63,527 bases of DNA from Chiloscyllium plagiosum (lineage: Eukaryota). The notes below the pieces were generated by a model. That model did not search any database, was not told where the DNA came from, and saw only the letters and a list, made by a program, of their open reading frames with translations. The stretch lies in NCBI RefSeq assembly GCF_004010195.1, contig NC_057722.1, positions 55,834,436 to 55,897,962 on the forward strand. Direction: 5' to 3'. Of the stretch, positions 37,080 to 51,257 are shown piece after piece. Numbering within the stretch: position 1 is the first letter of the stretch; every line of letters starts with the position of its first letter. Both the position numbers and the translations under genes were made by a program.

Positions 37080-37340
37080 ACAGTCCACAACTTTGGGCAG
37101 AGGCTGAGACCCAGCAGCAGGGTGCATCTGTGAGAGCCACCACAATGGCCATGTGTAATGCTGGGTCACTCAGAAGGATGCCTTGTTTCAGGTGGCTTCA
37201 GATGTTTACAATGCCTTGCTGGGAAAATTTGATTCTCCTGAGATACTGGCGCTCACAAATGTTGAGACACCTAATCTTCTGCCTGTATTTAGGATCTCAC
37301 CTTCTTGGAGGTGATCTCTATCCATCTCATATGCCTTTTG
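37080..37340 (-). mobile_element. PIF/Harbinger transposase N-terminal remnant
   Basis: Minus strand reads YRQKIRCLNICERQYLRRIKFSQQGIVNI*SHLKQ...LHMAIVVALT, resembling the HARBI1-type N-terminal region; contains a stop. Confidence 0.55.
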
Positions 37341-38057
37341 CATGGTATGTGATTGAGGAAGCTGCTGGTCTTCTTGCTGGTGTTGCTGTTCTTCTTCAGA
37401 TTTATAAGGTAGAACTGCAATAGTAGCTCCATACTGTGGTGAAGGCTGGCATATAGGGAAGTGAAGTGAAGGGCAAGACAGGTGAAATAATTTCTAAGAG
37501 CATGTAAGTTCTTTGTGTGGAAAGAAGTGCATTGAGCAGCACACTTTCACCTTTCCAGGCTGGCATTCTTCAGCTTCACACATCAAAGGCTTCTCAGCCA
37601 AGTGGAAGGGCAAGGTGGAGAATTCTCTATTTGTCTTCAAACCAACCTGGGTGTAAGGTGGAAGAGAGCAAGGCGATGTTAGGAATATTACTTTTAGGGG
37701 ATTTGATTCTTTGGATCCACCCATCACCCTTTGGCTGTAAAGTCTGCCCAGTTCCTCTTAAACACCAACATGTTTTAAACAGATAAGTGTTCATTATCTC
37801 TCAATCCAATGAGTTGATGAAGTGAATTTTACAAAAAAGGCTCTTTATTCAAAAAAAATGTCATGTACAAAGAATAATCCAGCAGATAATCATAGAAATT
37901 GGAGAAGTTTAAGATGGAGTTGAACATTACAATAGGTGAATAAAACATTAAAGTGATGGCAGAATACTCTTTTCTTACTCATGACATTTTGTTTTTAAAT
38001 TTCCAGTTGAGTATTTGTGATTTACAAAATAAAATCTAAAATAAAGTGATAGAAAAA

Positions 38058-41050
38058 AAGCAGGGAGATATTGAGGAAAGATTTCAATCTGAGACTGGTA
38101 CAATTGAGAACAAAGGCAAGTCAAACAGTCAGGGCAGGCAGGGACAAAACAGAGAACAAGGTAGGACTAATAAATTAAACTGCATTTAGTTCAATGCAAG
38201 TGGCCTAACAGGGAAGGCAGATGGACTCAGGGCATGGTTAGGAACATGGGACTGGGATATCATAGCAATTACAGAACCATGGCTCAGAGATGGACAGGAC
38301 TGGCAGCTTAATGTTCCAGAATACAAATGCCATAGGTAGGACAGAAAGGGAGGTAAGAGAGGAGGAGGAGTGGCATTTTTGAGAAGGGATAGCATTACAG
38401 TTGTACTGAGGGAGGATATTCCAGGAAATACATCCAGGGATGTTATTTGGGTGGAACTGAGAAATAAGGAAGGAATGATCACTCTTATTGGGATTGTATT
38501 ATAGACCCCCTAATAGTCAGAGGGAAATTGAGAAACAAATTTGTAAGGAGATCTCAGTTATCTGTAGGAATAATAGGGTGGTTATGGTAGGGGATTTTAA
38601 CTTTCCAAACGTAGACTGGGACTGCCATAATGATAAGGGTTTAGATGGAGAGGAATTTGTGAAGTGTGTACAAGAAAAGTTTCTGATTCTGTATGTGGAT
38701 GTACCTACTAGAGAAGGCACAAAACTTGACCTACATTTGGGAAATAAAGCCGGGCAGGTGACTGACTTGTCAGTGGGGGAGCACTTTGGGGCCAGTGACC
38801 ATAATTCTATTAGTTTTAAAATAGTGATGGAAATGGATAGACCAGATCTAAACGTTAAAGTTCTAAATTGGAGAAAGGCCAATTTTGATGGTATAAGGCA
38901 AGAGCTTTCAAGGCTGTCTGGGCGCAGATGTTCGCAGGTAAAGGGACGGCTGGAAAATGGGAAGCCTTTAGAAATGAAATAACAAGAGTCCAGAGAAAGT
39001 ATATTCATGTTAGGGTGAAAAGAAAGGCTGTTAAGTATAGGGAATGCTGGATGACTAAAGAAATTGAGGGTTTGCTTAAGAAAAAGAAGGAAGCATAATT
39101 CGGGTATAGACAGGATAGATCAAATGAATCCTTAGAAGAGTATAAAGGCAGTAGGATTATACTTGAGAGAAATCAGGAGGGCAAAAAGGGGACACGAGAT
39201 AGATTTGGCAAATAAAATTAAGGAGAATCTGAAGAGATTTTACAAATACATTAAGGACAAAAGGGTAACTAGGGAGAGAATTGGGCACGTCAAAGATCAG
39301 CAAGCTGGCCTTTGTGTGGAGTGGCAGGAGATGGACAGACAATAAACAAACATTTTGCATCCGTATTTACTGTGGCAAAACACATGGAAGATATAGAATG
39401 TAGGGAGATAGATGGTAACATCTTGAAAAATGTTCATATTACAGAGAGGAAGTGCTGGTTATCTTGAAACGCATAAAAGTGGATAAATCCCCAGGGTCTG
39501 ATCAGGTGTATCCTAAAACTCTGTGGGAAGCTAGAGAAGTGATTGCTGAGCCTCTTACTGAGTTATTTGTATCATCGATAGTCACAGGTGAGGTGCCAGA
39601 AGAGTGGAGGTTGGCTAACGTGGTGCCACAGTTTAAGAAAGGCAGTAAAGACAAGCCAGGGAATTATAGACCGGTGAGCCTGACGTCAGTGGTGGGCAAG
39701 TTGTTGGAGGGAATCCTGGGGGACAGGATATACATGTATTTGGAAAGGCAAGGACTGATTAGAGATAGTCAACATGGCTGTGTGCTTGGGAAATCATGTC
39801 TCACAAACTTGATTTGAGATTTTTGAAGGAGTAACAAAGAGGATTGATGAGGGCAGAGCAGTAGATGTGATCTATATGGACTTCAGTAAGGCGTTTGACA
39901 AGGCTCCTCATGGGAGAATGGTGAGCAAGGTTAGATCTCACGGAATACAGGGAGAACTAGCCATTTACGTACAGAACTGGATGAAAGGTAGAAGACAGAG
40001 GGTGGTGTTGGAGGGTTGTTTTTCAGACTGGAGGCCAGTGACCAGTGGAGTGCCACAAGGATCGGTGCTGGTTCCACGACTTTTCATCATTTATATAAAT
40101 GATTTGGATGTGAGCATAAGAGGTATAGTTAGTAAGTTTGCAGATGACACCAAACTTGGAGATGTAGTGGACAGCGAAGAAGGTTACCTCAGATTACAAT
40201 GGGATCTTGATCAGATGGGCCAATGGGCTAAGAAGTGGCAAATGGAGTTTAATTTAGATAAATGTGAGGTGCTGCATTTTGGGAAAGCAAATCTTAGCAG
40301 GACTTATACACTTAATGGTAAGGTCCTAGGGAGTGTTGTTGAACCTAGAGACCTTGGAGTGCAGGTTCATAGCTCCTTGAAAGTGGAGTCGCAGGTAGAT
40401 AGGAAAGTGAAGAAAGCATTGATATGCTTTCCTTTATTGGTCAGAGTATTGATTACAGGAGTTGGGAGGTCATGTTGCAGCTATACAGGACACTAGTTAG
40501 GCCACTGGTGGAATGTTGCCTGCAGTTCCGGTCTCCTTCCTAACAGAAAGATGTTGTGAAACTTGAAAGGGTTCAGAAAAGATTTCCAAGGATATTGTCA
40601 GGGTTGGAGGATTTGAGCTATAGGGAGAGGTTGAATAGGCTAGGGCTGTTTTCCCTGGAACATCGGCGGCTGAGGGGTGACCTTACAGAGGTTTTTTAAA
40701 TCATGAGGGGCATGGATAGGATAAATAGACAAAGTCTTTTACCTGGGGTGGGGGAGTCCAGAACTAGACGGCATAGGTTTTTGGAGAGAGGGGTTAGATA
40801 TAAAAGAGACCTAAGGCGCAACATTTTCACTCAGAGGTACGTGTACGGAATGAGCTGCCAGAGGAAGTGCTGGAGGCTAGTACAATTGCAACATTTAAAA
40901 GGCATCTGGATATATATGAATAGGAAGGGTTTGGAGGGATATTGGGCAGGTGCTGGCAGGTGGGACTAGATGAGGTTGAGAAATCTGGTCAACGTGGACG
41001 AGTTGGACCGAAGGGTCTGTTTCCATGCTGTACATCTCTATGATGCTATG
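38058..41050 (+). mobile_element. CR1 LINE, essentially complete but disrupted ORF2 plus 3' tail
   Basis: YYRPPNS...VGDFNFP; NYRPVSLTSVVGK; YMDFSKAFD; GVPQGSVL; KFADD; tail CTGTACATCTCTATGA. Confidence 0.92.
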
Positions 41051-41289
41051 CATCAATTAAAACCACTTAAGCTGTCAACTAATTAATTACTTTTTCAATT
41101 TTATTGGTCTTCATTACAATACTGTGTTTCTTCCCACTACTCTTCGTACATTATTTCATTTTTTGTTGCATTTTTCATAAGAATTAGATAACTTAAAATC
41201 CACAAAAAAGTACTTTTGGTAAATATCAGCTATTTTTCTAATAAATTCTTTGTTCGAGGGAATAACAACATTGGTCTAAATTTATCTAA

Positions 41290-44200
41290 TCAAGTAAGAA
41301 CTTACAAAAGCTGATTGGGGGCAGATGTTCGCAGGTAAAGGGACAGCTGGAAAATGGGAAGCCTTCAGAAGTGAGATGAGAGTCCAGAGAAAGTATATTC
41401 CTATTAGGGTGAAAGCAAAGGCTGGTGGATATAGGTGATGTTGGATGCCTAAGGAAATTGAGAGTTTGGTTAAGAAAAAAAAGGAAGCATATGTCAGGTA
41501 CAGACAGAATACATAGCGTGAATCTTTAGAAGAGTATAAAGACAATAGGATTATACTTAAGAAAGAAATCAAGAGGGCAAAAAGGGGACATGAGATAGCT
41601 TTGGCAAATAGGGTTAAAGAGAATCCAAAGGATTTTTACAAATACATTAAGGACAAAAGGGTAGCTAGGGAGAGAATAGGTGACCTTTGTGTGGAGCCGC
41701 AGAAAATGGGGGAGATACTAAACGAGTACTTTGCATCACTATTTACTGTGGAAAAGGACATGGAAGATATAGAATGTAGAGAAATAGACGCTGACATCTT
41801 GAAAAATGTCCATATTACAGAGGAGGAAGTGCCTGGATGACTTGAAACACATAAAAGTGGATAAATCCTGGGGAACTGATCAGGTGTATCCTAAAACTCT
41901 GTGGAAAGCTAGGGAAGTGATTGCTAGACTTCATACTGAGATATGTGTATCATTAAGGAGAATCCCAAAGTATTTTATTCTTATATAAGAAATAAGCAGG
42001 AAACTAGAGAAAGGATTGGTCCACTAAAGGATAATGAAAGAAGGCTGTATGTCGAACCTGAGAGAATGGGTGAGATTCTGAATGATTACTTTGCATCAGT
42101 GTTCACTGAGGAGAGGAACATGATGAATCTTGAGATTAGAGATAGAAGTTTGATTAGTCTGGATCACGTTGTCATAAGTAGGGAAGATGTGTTGGGTAGG
42201 CTAGAGGTTATTAAGGTGGACAAACCCCTAGGACCGGATGGGATCTATCCCAGGTTGCTGAGGGAGGAGAGAGAGGAAATAGCTAGGGCCCTGACAGATA
42301 TCTTTGTGGCATCCTTAAATACACGTGAGGTGCCGGAGAACTGGAAGGTTGCTCATGTTGTCCCCCTGTACAAGAAAGGTAGTAGGGATATTCCGGGTAA
42401 CTACAGACCAGTGAGCCTGAAGTCGGTGGTGGGAAAGTTTGCTGGAGAGGGTACTGAGGGATAGGATCTATTTATATTTAGAAAGGAATGGGCTTATCAG
42501 TGATAGGCAACATGGTTTTGTGTGGGGGAGATCGTGCCTTACCAATTTCATAGTGTTCTTCAAGGAAGTGACTAAGTTGATAGATGAAGGAAAGGCTGTT
42601 GATGTCATCTACATGGACTTTAGTAAGGCGTTTGATAAGGTTCTCCATGGTAGACTAATGGCGAAAGTGAAGTCACATGGTGTGCAGGGTGTTCTAGCAA
42701 GGTGGATAAAGAACTGGTTGAGCAACAGGAGACAGAGAATAGTAGTTGAGAGGAGTTTCTCGAAATGGAGAAAGGTAACCAGTGGTGTTCCGCAGGGGTC
42801 GGTGTTGGGGCTACTGTTGTTTGTAATATACATAAATGATCTAGAAGAGGGCATTGTTGGTATGATCAGCAAGTTTGCAGATGACACAAATTTTGGTGGA
42901 GTAGCAGAAAGCATAAGGGACTGTCAAAGAATACAGGAGGATATAGATAGACTGCAGAGTTAGGGGGAAAAATGGCAGATAGATTTCAATCCAGACAAAT
43001 GTGAGGTGATGCATTAAGGCAAGACTAATTCTAGAGCAAATTATACAATGAATGGAAGAGCCTTGGGAAATGTTGATGGGCAGAGAGATCCGGGAGTGCA
43101 GGTCCATTGTACCCTGAAGGTTGCTGCACAGGTGTATAGAGTGGTCAAGAAGGCATATAGTATGCTTGCCTTCATTGGACGGGATATTGAGTATAAGAGC
43201 CGGCAAGTCATGTTAAAATTGTACAAGACATTGGATCGGCCACATTTAGAATACTGTGTATAGTTCTGGTCGCCACACTGCCAAAAGGATGTGGACACTT
43301 TGGAGAGGGTGCAGAGAAGGTTTACGAGGATGTTGCCTGATAAGAAAGATGCTAGCTATGAAGAAAAGTTGAGTAGGTTAGGTTTATTTTCATTAGAAAA
43401 AAGGAGATTGAGGGGGGACCTAATTGAGGTTTACAAAATCATGAAGGGTATGGACAGGGTGGATAGAGACAAGCTTTTTCCCAGGGTGAAGGATTTAATA
43501 ATGAGAGGTCACGCTTTCAAGGTGAGAGGTGGAAAGTTTAAGGGGGATACATGTGGCAAGTACTTCACACAGAGGGTGGTGGGCGTTTGGAACGCGTTGC
43601 CAGCAGAGGTGGTAGAGACAGGCACGGTAGATTCATTTAAGATGTGTCTGGACAGATGCTTGAGTAGGTGGGGAGCAGAGGGATACAGATGCTTAGGAAC
43701 TGGGTGGCAGGTTTAGACAGTAGATTTGGAATGGCTAAGGCTTAGCGGGCTGAAGGGCCTATTCCTGGGCTGTAAACTTTCTTTGTTCTATCAATAGTCA
43801 CAGGTAAGGTGTCGGAAGACTGGAGGTTGGCTAACGTGGCGCCACTGTTTAAGAAAGATGATAAGGATAAGCCAGGGAACTATAGACCAGTGAGCCTGAC
43901 GTCAGTGGTGGGCAAGTTGTTAGAGGGAATCCCGAGGGACAGGATGTACATGTACTTGGAAATGCAAAGACTGATTAGGGTTAGTCAACATGGCTTTGTG
44001 CGTGGAAAATCATGTCTCACAAACTTGATTGAGTTTTTTGAAGAAGTAACATAGAGATTGATGAGGGCAGAGCAGTAGTCATGATCTGTCGGGACTTCAG
44101 TACGGCGTTCAACAAGGTTCCCCATGGGAGACTGGTTAGCAAGGTTAGATCTCATGGAATACAGGGAGAACTAGCCATTTGGATACAGAACTAGCTCAAA

Positions 44201-45234
44201 TGTAGAAGACAGAGGGTGGTGGTGGAGGGCTGTTTTTCAGACTGGAGGCCTGTGACCAGTGGAGTGCCACAAGGATTGGTGCTGGGTCCACTACTTTTCA
44301 TCATTTATATAAATGATTTGGATGTGAGCATAAGAGGCATAGTTAGTAAGTTTGCTGATGACACCAAAATTGGACAGCGAAGAAAGTTACCTCAGATTAC
44401 AACGAGATCTTGTTCAGATGGGCCAATAGGCTGAGAAGTGGCAGATGGAGTTTAATTTAGATAAACGTGAGGTGTTGCATTTTGGGAAAGCAAATCTTAG
44501 CAGGACTTATATGCTTAATGGTAGGGTCCTCGGGAGTGTTGCTGAACAAAGAGACCTTGGAGTGCAGGTTCATAGCTCCTTGAAAGTGGAGTCGCAGGTA
44601 GATAGGATAGTGAAGAAGGCATTTGATATGCTTTCCTTTACTGGTCAGAGTATTGAGTACAGGAGTCGGGAGGTCATGTGGCAGCTGTACAGGACATTGG
44701 GTAGGCGTACAATTCTGATCTCCTTCCTATCAGAAAGATGTTGTGAAACGTGTAAGGATTCAGAAAAGATTTACAAGGATGTTACAGGATTGGAGGATTT
44801 GAGCTATCGGGAAAGGTTGAATAGGCTGGGGCTATTTTCCCTAGAGCATCGGAGGCTGAGGGGTGACCTTATAGAGGTTTACAAAATCATGAGGGGCATG
44901 GAAAGGATAAATAGACAAAGTCTTTTCCCTGGGGTGGGGGGAGTCCAGAACTAGAGGCCATAGGTTTAGGGTGAGAAGGGAAAGATATAAAAGAGACCTA
45001 AGGGACAACTTTTCATGTGGAGGGTGGGATGTGTATGGAATGAGCTGCTACAGGAAGTGGTGGAGGCTGGTACAATTGCAACATTTAAAAGGCATCTGGA
45101 TAGGCATATGAATAGGAAGGGTTTGGAGGGATATGGGCCAGGTGCTGGGACTAGATTGGGTTGGGATATCTGGTCGACATGGACAAGTTGGACCAAAGGG
45201 TCTGTTTCCGTGCTGTACATCTCTATGACTCTAT
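41290..45234 (+). mobile_element. CR1 LINE split by a second CR1 subfamily copy
   Basis: Host breaks at GAGATATGTGTATCA (41952) and resumes at TCAATAGTCACAGG (43791); ends CTCTATGACTCTATG. Confidence 0.88.
41953..43790 (+). mobile_element. Nested CR1 of a different subfamily (RT region to 3' end)
   Basis: Second complete set of RT motifs (GPDGIYP, DFSKAFD, GVPQGS, KFADD) with a distinct tail ...CTGGGCTGTAAACTTTCTTTGTTCT. Confidence 0.88.
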
Positions 45235-46335
45235 GTATAATGCAATAACTATCTAATTTAGACAAGTAAGAAGAAGTGTTTTGTGTCACCATTTATTTTT
45301 ATTCTTTAGACAATCATTATCTACCTTACACACTTTAAGCATGGAAGAAAACTCTCTCAAATTGTACACTGTTCAGATCCTTCATGTCAGAACATAACCC
45401 GACCTGAAAATGTACCAGATGTTTAGTTTGACTGTTTCTCTTCAGTCTAACATAAGGACAATAAAATGAATATAAATCTTCCATCACCACATTTAGGTCA
45501 AACAAAGTGTTCCATAATGCTATCTAATGTTATTACTCAAGAAGGGAAATAGATCACATTCATCTTTTCTCCTTTACATTGTAAAATGATCTTACTTGGA
45601 TGTGTGCATATCTTCAGATAATTCAGAAATTTTAGTTTAAAAACACATAACATTGGAGGGAATAGATGCGCAACTGATATATCAGTTATCCCTATAATAC
45701 AACTGTCGTAATTTGATCACAAGGACTATGATAATTCTGATACACTCAGTATACTATTACAAAGAGACTTTGTAATGGAACATTTGATTTCTCCAAACAT
45801 AAAACAATACACTTGTTCTCATAAATATCAAATTTTCTTCCTTTGTTTAGGATTCCTCCACCCTTTTGTGCCCACATTACACAGAAAAAGATAATGTTTC
45901 TTTAGTGCTTTCCTCGAATATCATAAATTAACAAACTACTAGTGTGGACTATGGTGTAAAGAGATCTGCCTACATTTCTGCCTCACACCATCAAAACATT
46001 TAACTCTTAGAAGTGAATTTGTAAACACAAACCCATTACAATATACTACAAAGGATCATCATTGAATACTTGTAATTTTAGCTGTGTTTTTGAAGATTTT
46101 GGTTCCATGATAACCATTCTGCAGATAGAGCCTCTGTTTCTTAATCTCATGATTTGTTAAAATCAGAAACATTTTTAAAAATGTTCCATTCCAATATGTT
46201 TAGACTTCAGATGCTGCAAATACTATTCCAGACAAAGGACTTGAATGCTTTAACAATCAGATCCTAAGCCAAAGTACCCACAAATATATTGCAAAAATAG
46301 ACAGCAGGAAGAAAACTAAATCAAACTGAATCCTA

Positions 46336-47969
46336 TTAATGTTCTGGTTGCTTCAACTTTATGTGCACTTTGAAAATGTAAAGACTCAGTTGAGTTAATC
46401 CACCTTCAGAAAGGAGAGAAGAAATATCTGGCGGGTCTTCCATAGTTAAATGAGGGAAGAATGATGCAACAGTTTTCCATTGAAAACCACAATTTTTGAT
46501 ATCATCTTGAACAGTGCCAGGGGCAATCATGTAGATATTTATTTCCTGATTCTTCCCAAAGTGTTTTGAAGCAGAATTGTCAAGTAGCTCATTCACTGTG
46601 TTATTGAGAAAAGACACATCAGACCCTCCTAGGTCAATGATTCTAACAAACTTTTCATCTGATTTGATGTTAAGAAGATACCTAGGAGGCATGTAGGTAT
46701 GGTAAAAAACCAAATTATGCTCAGTCTGGCTAGGCAAAGGATTTTCTGAGTGAAGAACTTTTTCTAAATAAGACAGACAAGGAATTAGTCCACCCTGGTG
46801 CAGACAGCCAAAAAACACTGACCCCAAGAGATTAAATACCACTATTACAACTTTCCAACTCCGCATCTTATATTTTGAAGCACTAAGGATGACAAGTGGC
46901 ACAATGAGTGGACTAATGTAGCGTGGCTCTTGATGACTAAACATTGATAGAATAACAATAGGGATAAAATAAACCAACAGTAAATACTCAGTAATTTGAG
47001 TAGTCATAGAAAGCTTTGCAGGCAACTTATTTTCCAAATTGTCTTTGTGAGAGGTATGGCCACTGGCTTTGCACGCAAATTTGCTAACCATTGTTTTGAC
47101 ACCAGTTGTCACAGCAGATAAGTGGAGGCCGCCAAACAGTAGAAAACTGTTCACAGTCAGATGTGTAAACCAGGGGTGGCTACCATGTGCGATAAGGCTT
47201 TTTTGGTCCAAGTTATATAAAATTAGATTAACAGGGGTTAAAACAAGATGTTGGCTTATGTTGACAAACAGTGTATAAATGTTATTGCCATCTTTCAAAA
47301 ACCAAGCCCTTTCAGATAACAATGAACCAAAATACAATGCATCTGTCACAATGAAAAGAAAACTGGTTGCAATTACAGACGATAGAAGACCAAAGAAACG
47401 CTTCATAATTCGTCTTAAATCAAACTGAAGTATGCCTTTCTGATCACAAAAAAGCCATCGGAACATTGGTATTAGAGCATAACCAATGAATGTGGGCCTG
47501 TTAAAAAAACCAGAGACCAAAACAATCCCAATAAAATGTTTTTTTTTCCCGCTTTCCTTTCTCATAGGATTTGATGCCACACTTGCTTGCTTTATGTCCA
47601 TGGCTACTAGCAGCAGCAGTAATGCAAAAAGTACTGCTTCTATGACATTTGAAAATGTCCGGGTGTAGAAAACTAACACCACATGTGACCCACTCAGTAG
47701 TGTCAATGCATCCCATGGATCTGCTCCCCAGAGACAGGCTAAATGGTATACAGAATAGTCTAGTATAAAAGACACACATGTTAGGTAGCATCTAGGGAAA
47801 ACCAACAAACTGTAACCATTTAGGATTTTATCAAATAGGCCTGAATTGTGTAAAGCTTTAAGTGTTGTGAATGAAAATCCAGAGGTGATCAATGGGAACA
47901 GAATTGATCTGCTGGGGTAGCTGGTATTGAATTCCCAAGTACGGTAAGTTTTGAGATTCAAAATATCAC
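46336..47969 (-). CDS. PIGZ: PIGZ copy B, large last coding exon
   Basis: Acceptor TTCTTTACAG at 47970, phase 1, GDILNLKTYRTWEF...HQEPRY...FFPHL to TAA. With the exon at 50520-50637 this gives an uninterrupted 583-aa protein. Confidence 0.93.
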
Positions 47970-49279
47970 CTGTAAAGAAAAGAAATATATTCAAAATGAG
48001 AAAAGCAAATTACTTTGACAATTATATACATTGTTATAGAAAATTCAGCCACCGAATTAATACCTCTTACCTTTGATAATTTCATCTTAATCTCATCCAA
48101 TTCTTGCTCTCACTATCTCCTCAGATCTTTAGTGGTACTGCATCTCCTCTATTGCTAATGCTGGCTCATTGAAACAAGGCTTTTTCTTTCCTGTGGTAAA
48201 TCCTTCTTTTTCTCTGCCTCATTGATGAGATACAAGAAAATACTAGTTATTTGCATGATGATTGTTCTGTCATCTCTGGACTCCAAGGTAATGGAACCTT
48301 TGTCACTGTTATCAAAACTCATATTCATTGCATACTCGTCACTCTTTTCCTCTAAGTGCCAATTACATCATATTTCTTGTGTTTTCAGTAGAATGAGATT
48401 AAGACTTGCTGCTCCACCTCCTGCTTGAAATCATCCTTTCCAGAACTTAAAATCTGTAGAAATCCTTAACCCTTCAGTCTTCAATTCCTTCTACAGTCTC
48501 TAAGATTTTAAAATATATACTTGGCATCATCTAATTACTTCCTGAATTATCTCATCTTCTTTTCTATTGCTTTTGGTTGTTGTGGAATCCTTCACTGAGG
48601 TTTCACCCTAACAAAGAAAAAATCATATTCCAGCTTGTTTACAAATATCAGAGAATGAAAGCAACAGTCATCTAAAACATTTTAATCAAGAATGCAAAGC
48701 TATTTTACCATACAATTCATGGAGATGGTTACTTACCTTTTTCCCCAGCATTTCCTCTTATCCCACCAAGAAGGTGAAGTCATAAACAGAGCTGACAGGT
48801 GGATATGAAATACACACTAAAAAATAACAGTGCTTTGCTATAGGTTGAATTTGTGGAAGCTTGGATTGCAAAAGGTGAGCAACCACAAAATATAAATTCA
48901 ATATAATTACCTATGCTGACCCTTGCTCCCATTATGCATGTTTTAAGCAACTGCTGGCCACAAAAGGTTATTTTGTATAAACATCATGCCAATATTTTAG
49001 TGAGGCTATATTGGCTTTGCTGATATATTTCATGTTGCATCATGCATTGTTTCTAATTTTCTACAGTGTCAGAATGACTGCCCTCATAAACATATGCCTC
49101 ACTCCGGTTTAAAATATTGTTTGCCTCCAGACTCCTAGATATCAAAACGAAAGCTGAATACCATTGTTCTTTGTGAATTTGTACCATGACTAATTAATGA
49201 ATGGCACCAGTCATTAAAATGTCCACCTGCTTTTGAATATTTCTTATTTAAGAAATTCCCCTTGGCTACAATTCAAATG

Positions 49280-50105
49280 GAATCACATCAGATTCCATGT
49301 GTATGCTGATAACAGGAAGTTCTCATCTCCATTTCTCTTGACCACTCTAATATCTGACTTACCATATTGCTTGTCTGACATTCAATCCTGAATGAATAAA
49401 ATACTGCTGGGTTTAGTCTCTTTCACAATATCTATTAACTCCACCTCATTCCATAGCCAGACTATTCCCACCCTCAGCATCCTATCTGAACTAGAAATGA
49501 GTTTGCAATCGCATGGTCCACTGATCACCAAAACCATCTTCTTCCATCATTGTAACATTGCCAATTTCTGTTCTGCCTAATCTCATCTGCTGAAACCCTC
49601 ATCCATACCTTTAGAATCTCAAGATTTGACCATTACAGTGCTTTCTTAGCTGGCTAACCTCCCTCCATAAATCTGACCTTGTACAAACCTCTGTTGTCCT
49701 TATTCCATTTTGCACAAACATCATTCATCCATCATTGTTTGCTCACTAATCTACACTGGCACCTTGTCCAACAATCCCTTGATTTTAAAATTCTCATCCT
49801 TGTTTGCAAATACTCCCTTCTCTCCCTAATCTCTTGCAGTCGTACAACCTTCCATGCTCTCCTCGCATTCTGGTCTTTTGTGCATCTCCAATTGTAAATC
49901 TTCACCATTGGCAGTTTTCAACTACTTAAGCCTTAAAATTCCATCTCTGCATCTCCTTGTTCTTTTAAGATGCCGCTTAGAACTTAATGTTTTGATTAAA
50001 GTTTTGGTCACTTGTCCTGTTACATCAATGTAGGTCAATATTAACACTGGTAAACGTATTGGAAAAGCTCTGGAATGTTAGAGGCACTATATGAATGTAA
50101 GTTTC
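49280..50105 (+). mobile_element. Old L2-like LINE 3' remnant
   Basis: CTGCTGAAACCCTCATCCAT, CTACACTGGC...TTGATTTTAAAATTCTCATCCTTGTTT and a GGCACTATATGAATGTAAGTT-type end. Confidence 0.6.
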
Positions 50106-50519
50106 TGTTTTTGATGTGGAATAATATTTTATGAAACTGTTATTCAATCAATGCAATGTGATTCTACAGAGTATTAACATTGCTATCACTTTAACAATAA
50201 TGTTATTTTATTATGTTGCATTTTAGCATTTTTGATTTTACATTTCTCCATGAACTTCTGGCAATTAGTATCTCATTTGCTTAATATAGCCAATTAGTTC
50301 TTACGAATTGCAGCTGTGTAGCACACTGCAGCAAAATTATTGCATTTTAACATCAAAATTAGAATTAATTCCAATTTTATGCAGACCTCTGTTAAAACTA
50401 AATCATGTCACCCTCAAAGTTTTGTAGACACAGGAAGTTAATTCATGAGCATGGGATGAAGCAGTTTATTTTAAAAGCAAAGGAAATTATTTGTAGAAAG
50501 TCTTTAAAAGACATTTTAC

Positions 50520-50637
50520 CTGCCATAACCTCTGGAGACTGGAAAAATTCATCAGGATGTATATAGCCTGTTTGTGGTGCTAGGCACCATAGCACCCTGA
50601 CTACTCCAAGTACCAACCACATTAACTTGGAAGCCAT
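50520..50637 (-). CDS. PIGZ: PIGZ copy B, first coding exon
   Basis: [39 protein letters not shown]+G (118 nt, same length and phase as copy A); donor GTAAAA at 50519; acceptor GATGCACAG ending at 50639. Confidence 0.93.
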
Positions 50638-51257
50638 CCTGTGCATCAAAACTTCTCACAACTGTTTAAAAGAAATTCTAATTAGTTTTCTTTACAACAA
50701 AGGAAAAGCAGAATGATTAATTTTGTAAAAAAAATTTGAAAATTATATTAAAATATTTTAACTATATGAGACAGATGTAACAGTTACTTCACAATCTTTA
50801 AACAGGAAAATAAAATGTGAAGTCCCTACCTTAACGCATTGGTCTGTTTTTCCGATTTTGGTGGACTTGTATACTTGCATTGGTTTCTGGTTTATTTGAA
50901 ACATACAGAATTTTCTTTATCTTTATTATATATATGTGAAAATAGATGATGTCTTAGCATCAAAATTAATAAATATCATATTTTAATAATAGCATTGCAC
51001 ATTAAAAGAAAGATCTCACATTTATATTAGGCCTTTCATTACTTCATGATATTAAGTGCTGCCAGGTCTCTCTTTCCTATATCAACTGCAATCTACATCA
51101 ATCTATGTAACAATGCTTACTTTACCTATCCTCGTTCAAGCCTTTTTACATCTAAACTTCACTATTCCAACCCTCTCCTGGTTGGCCTCCCATTGCCCAT
51201 CCTCGATAAACATGAATTTATCCAGTACTGTTCACCATATTTTAACTTCACCAAGTT

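Noticed and set aside
36947-37423. 158-aa plus-strand ORF
   Set aside because: Chimera of a CR1 fragment and the antisense of a Harbinger-like remnant.
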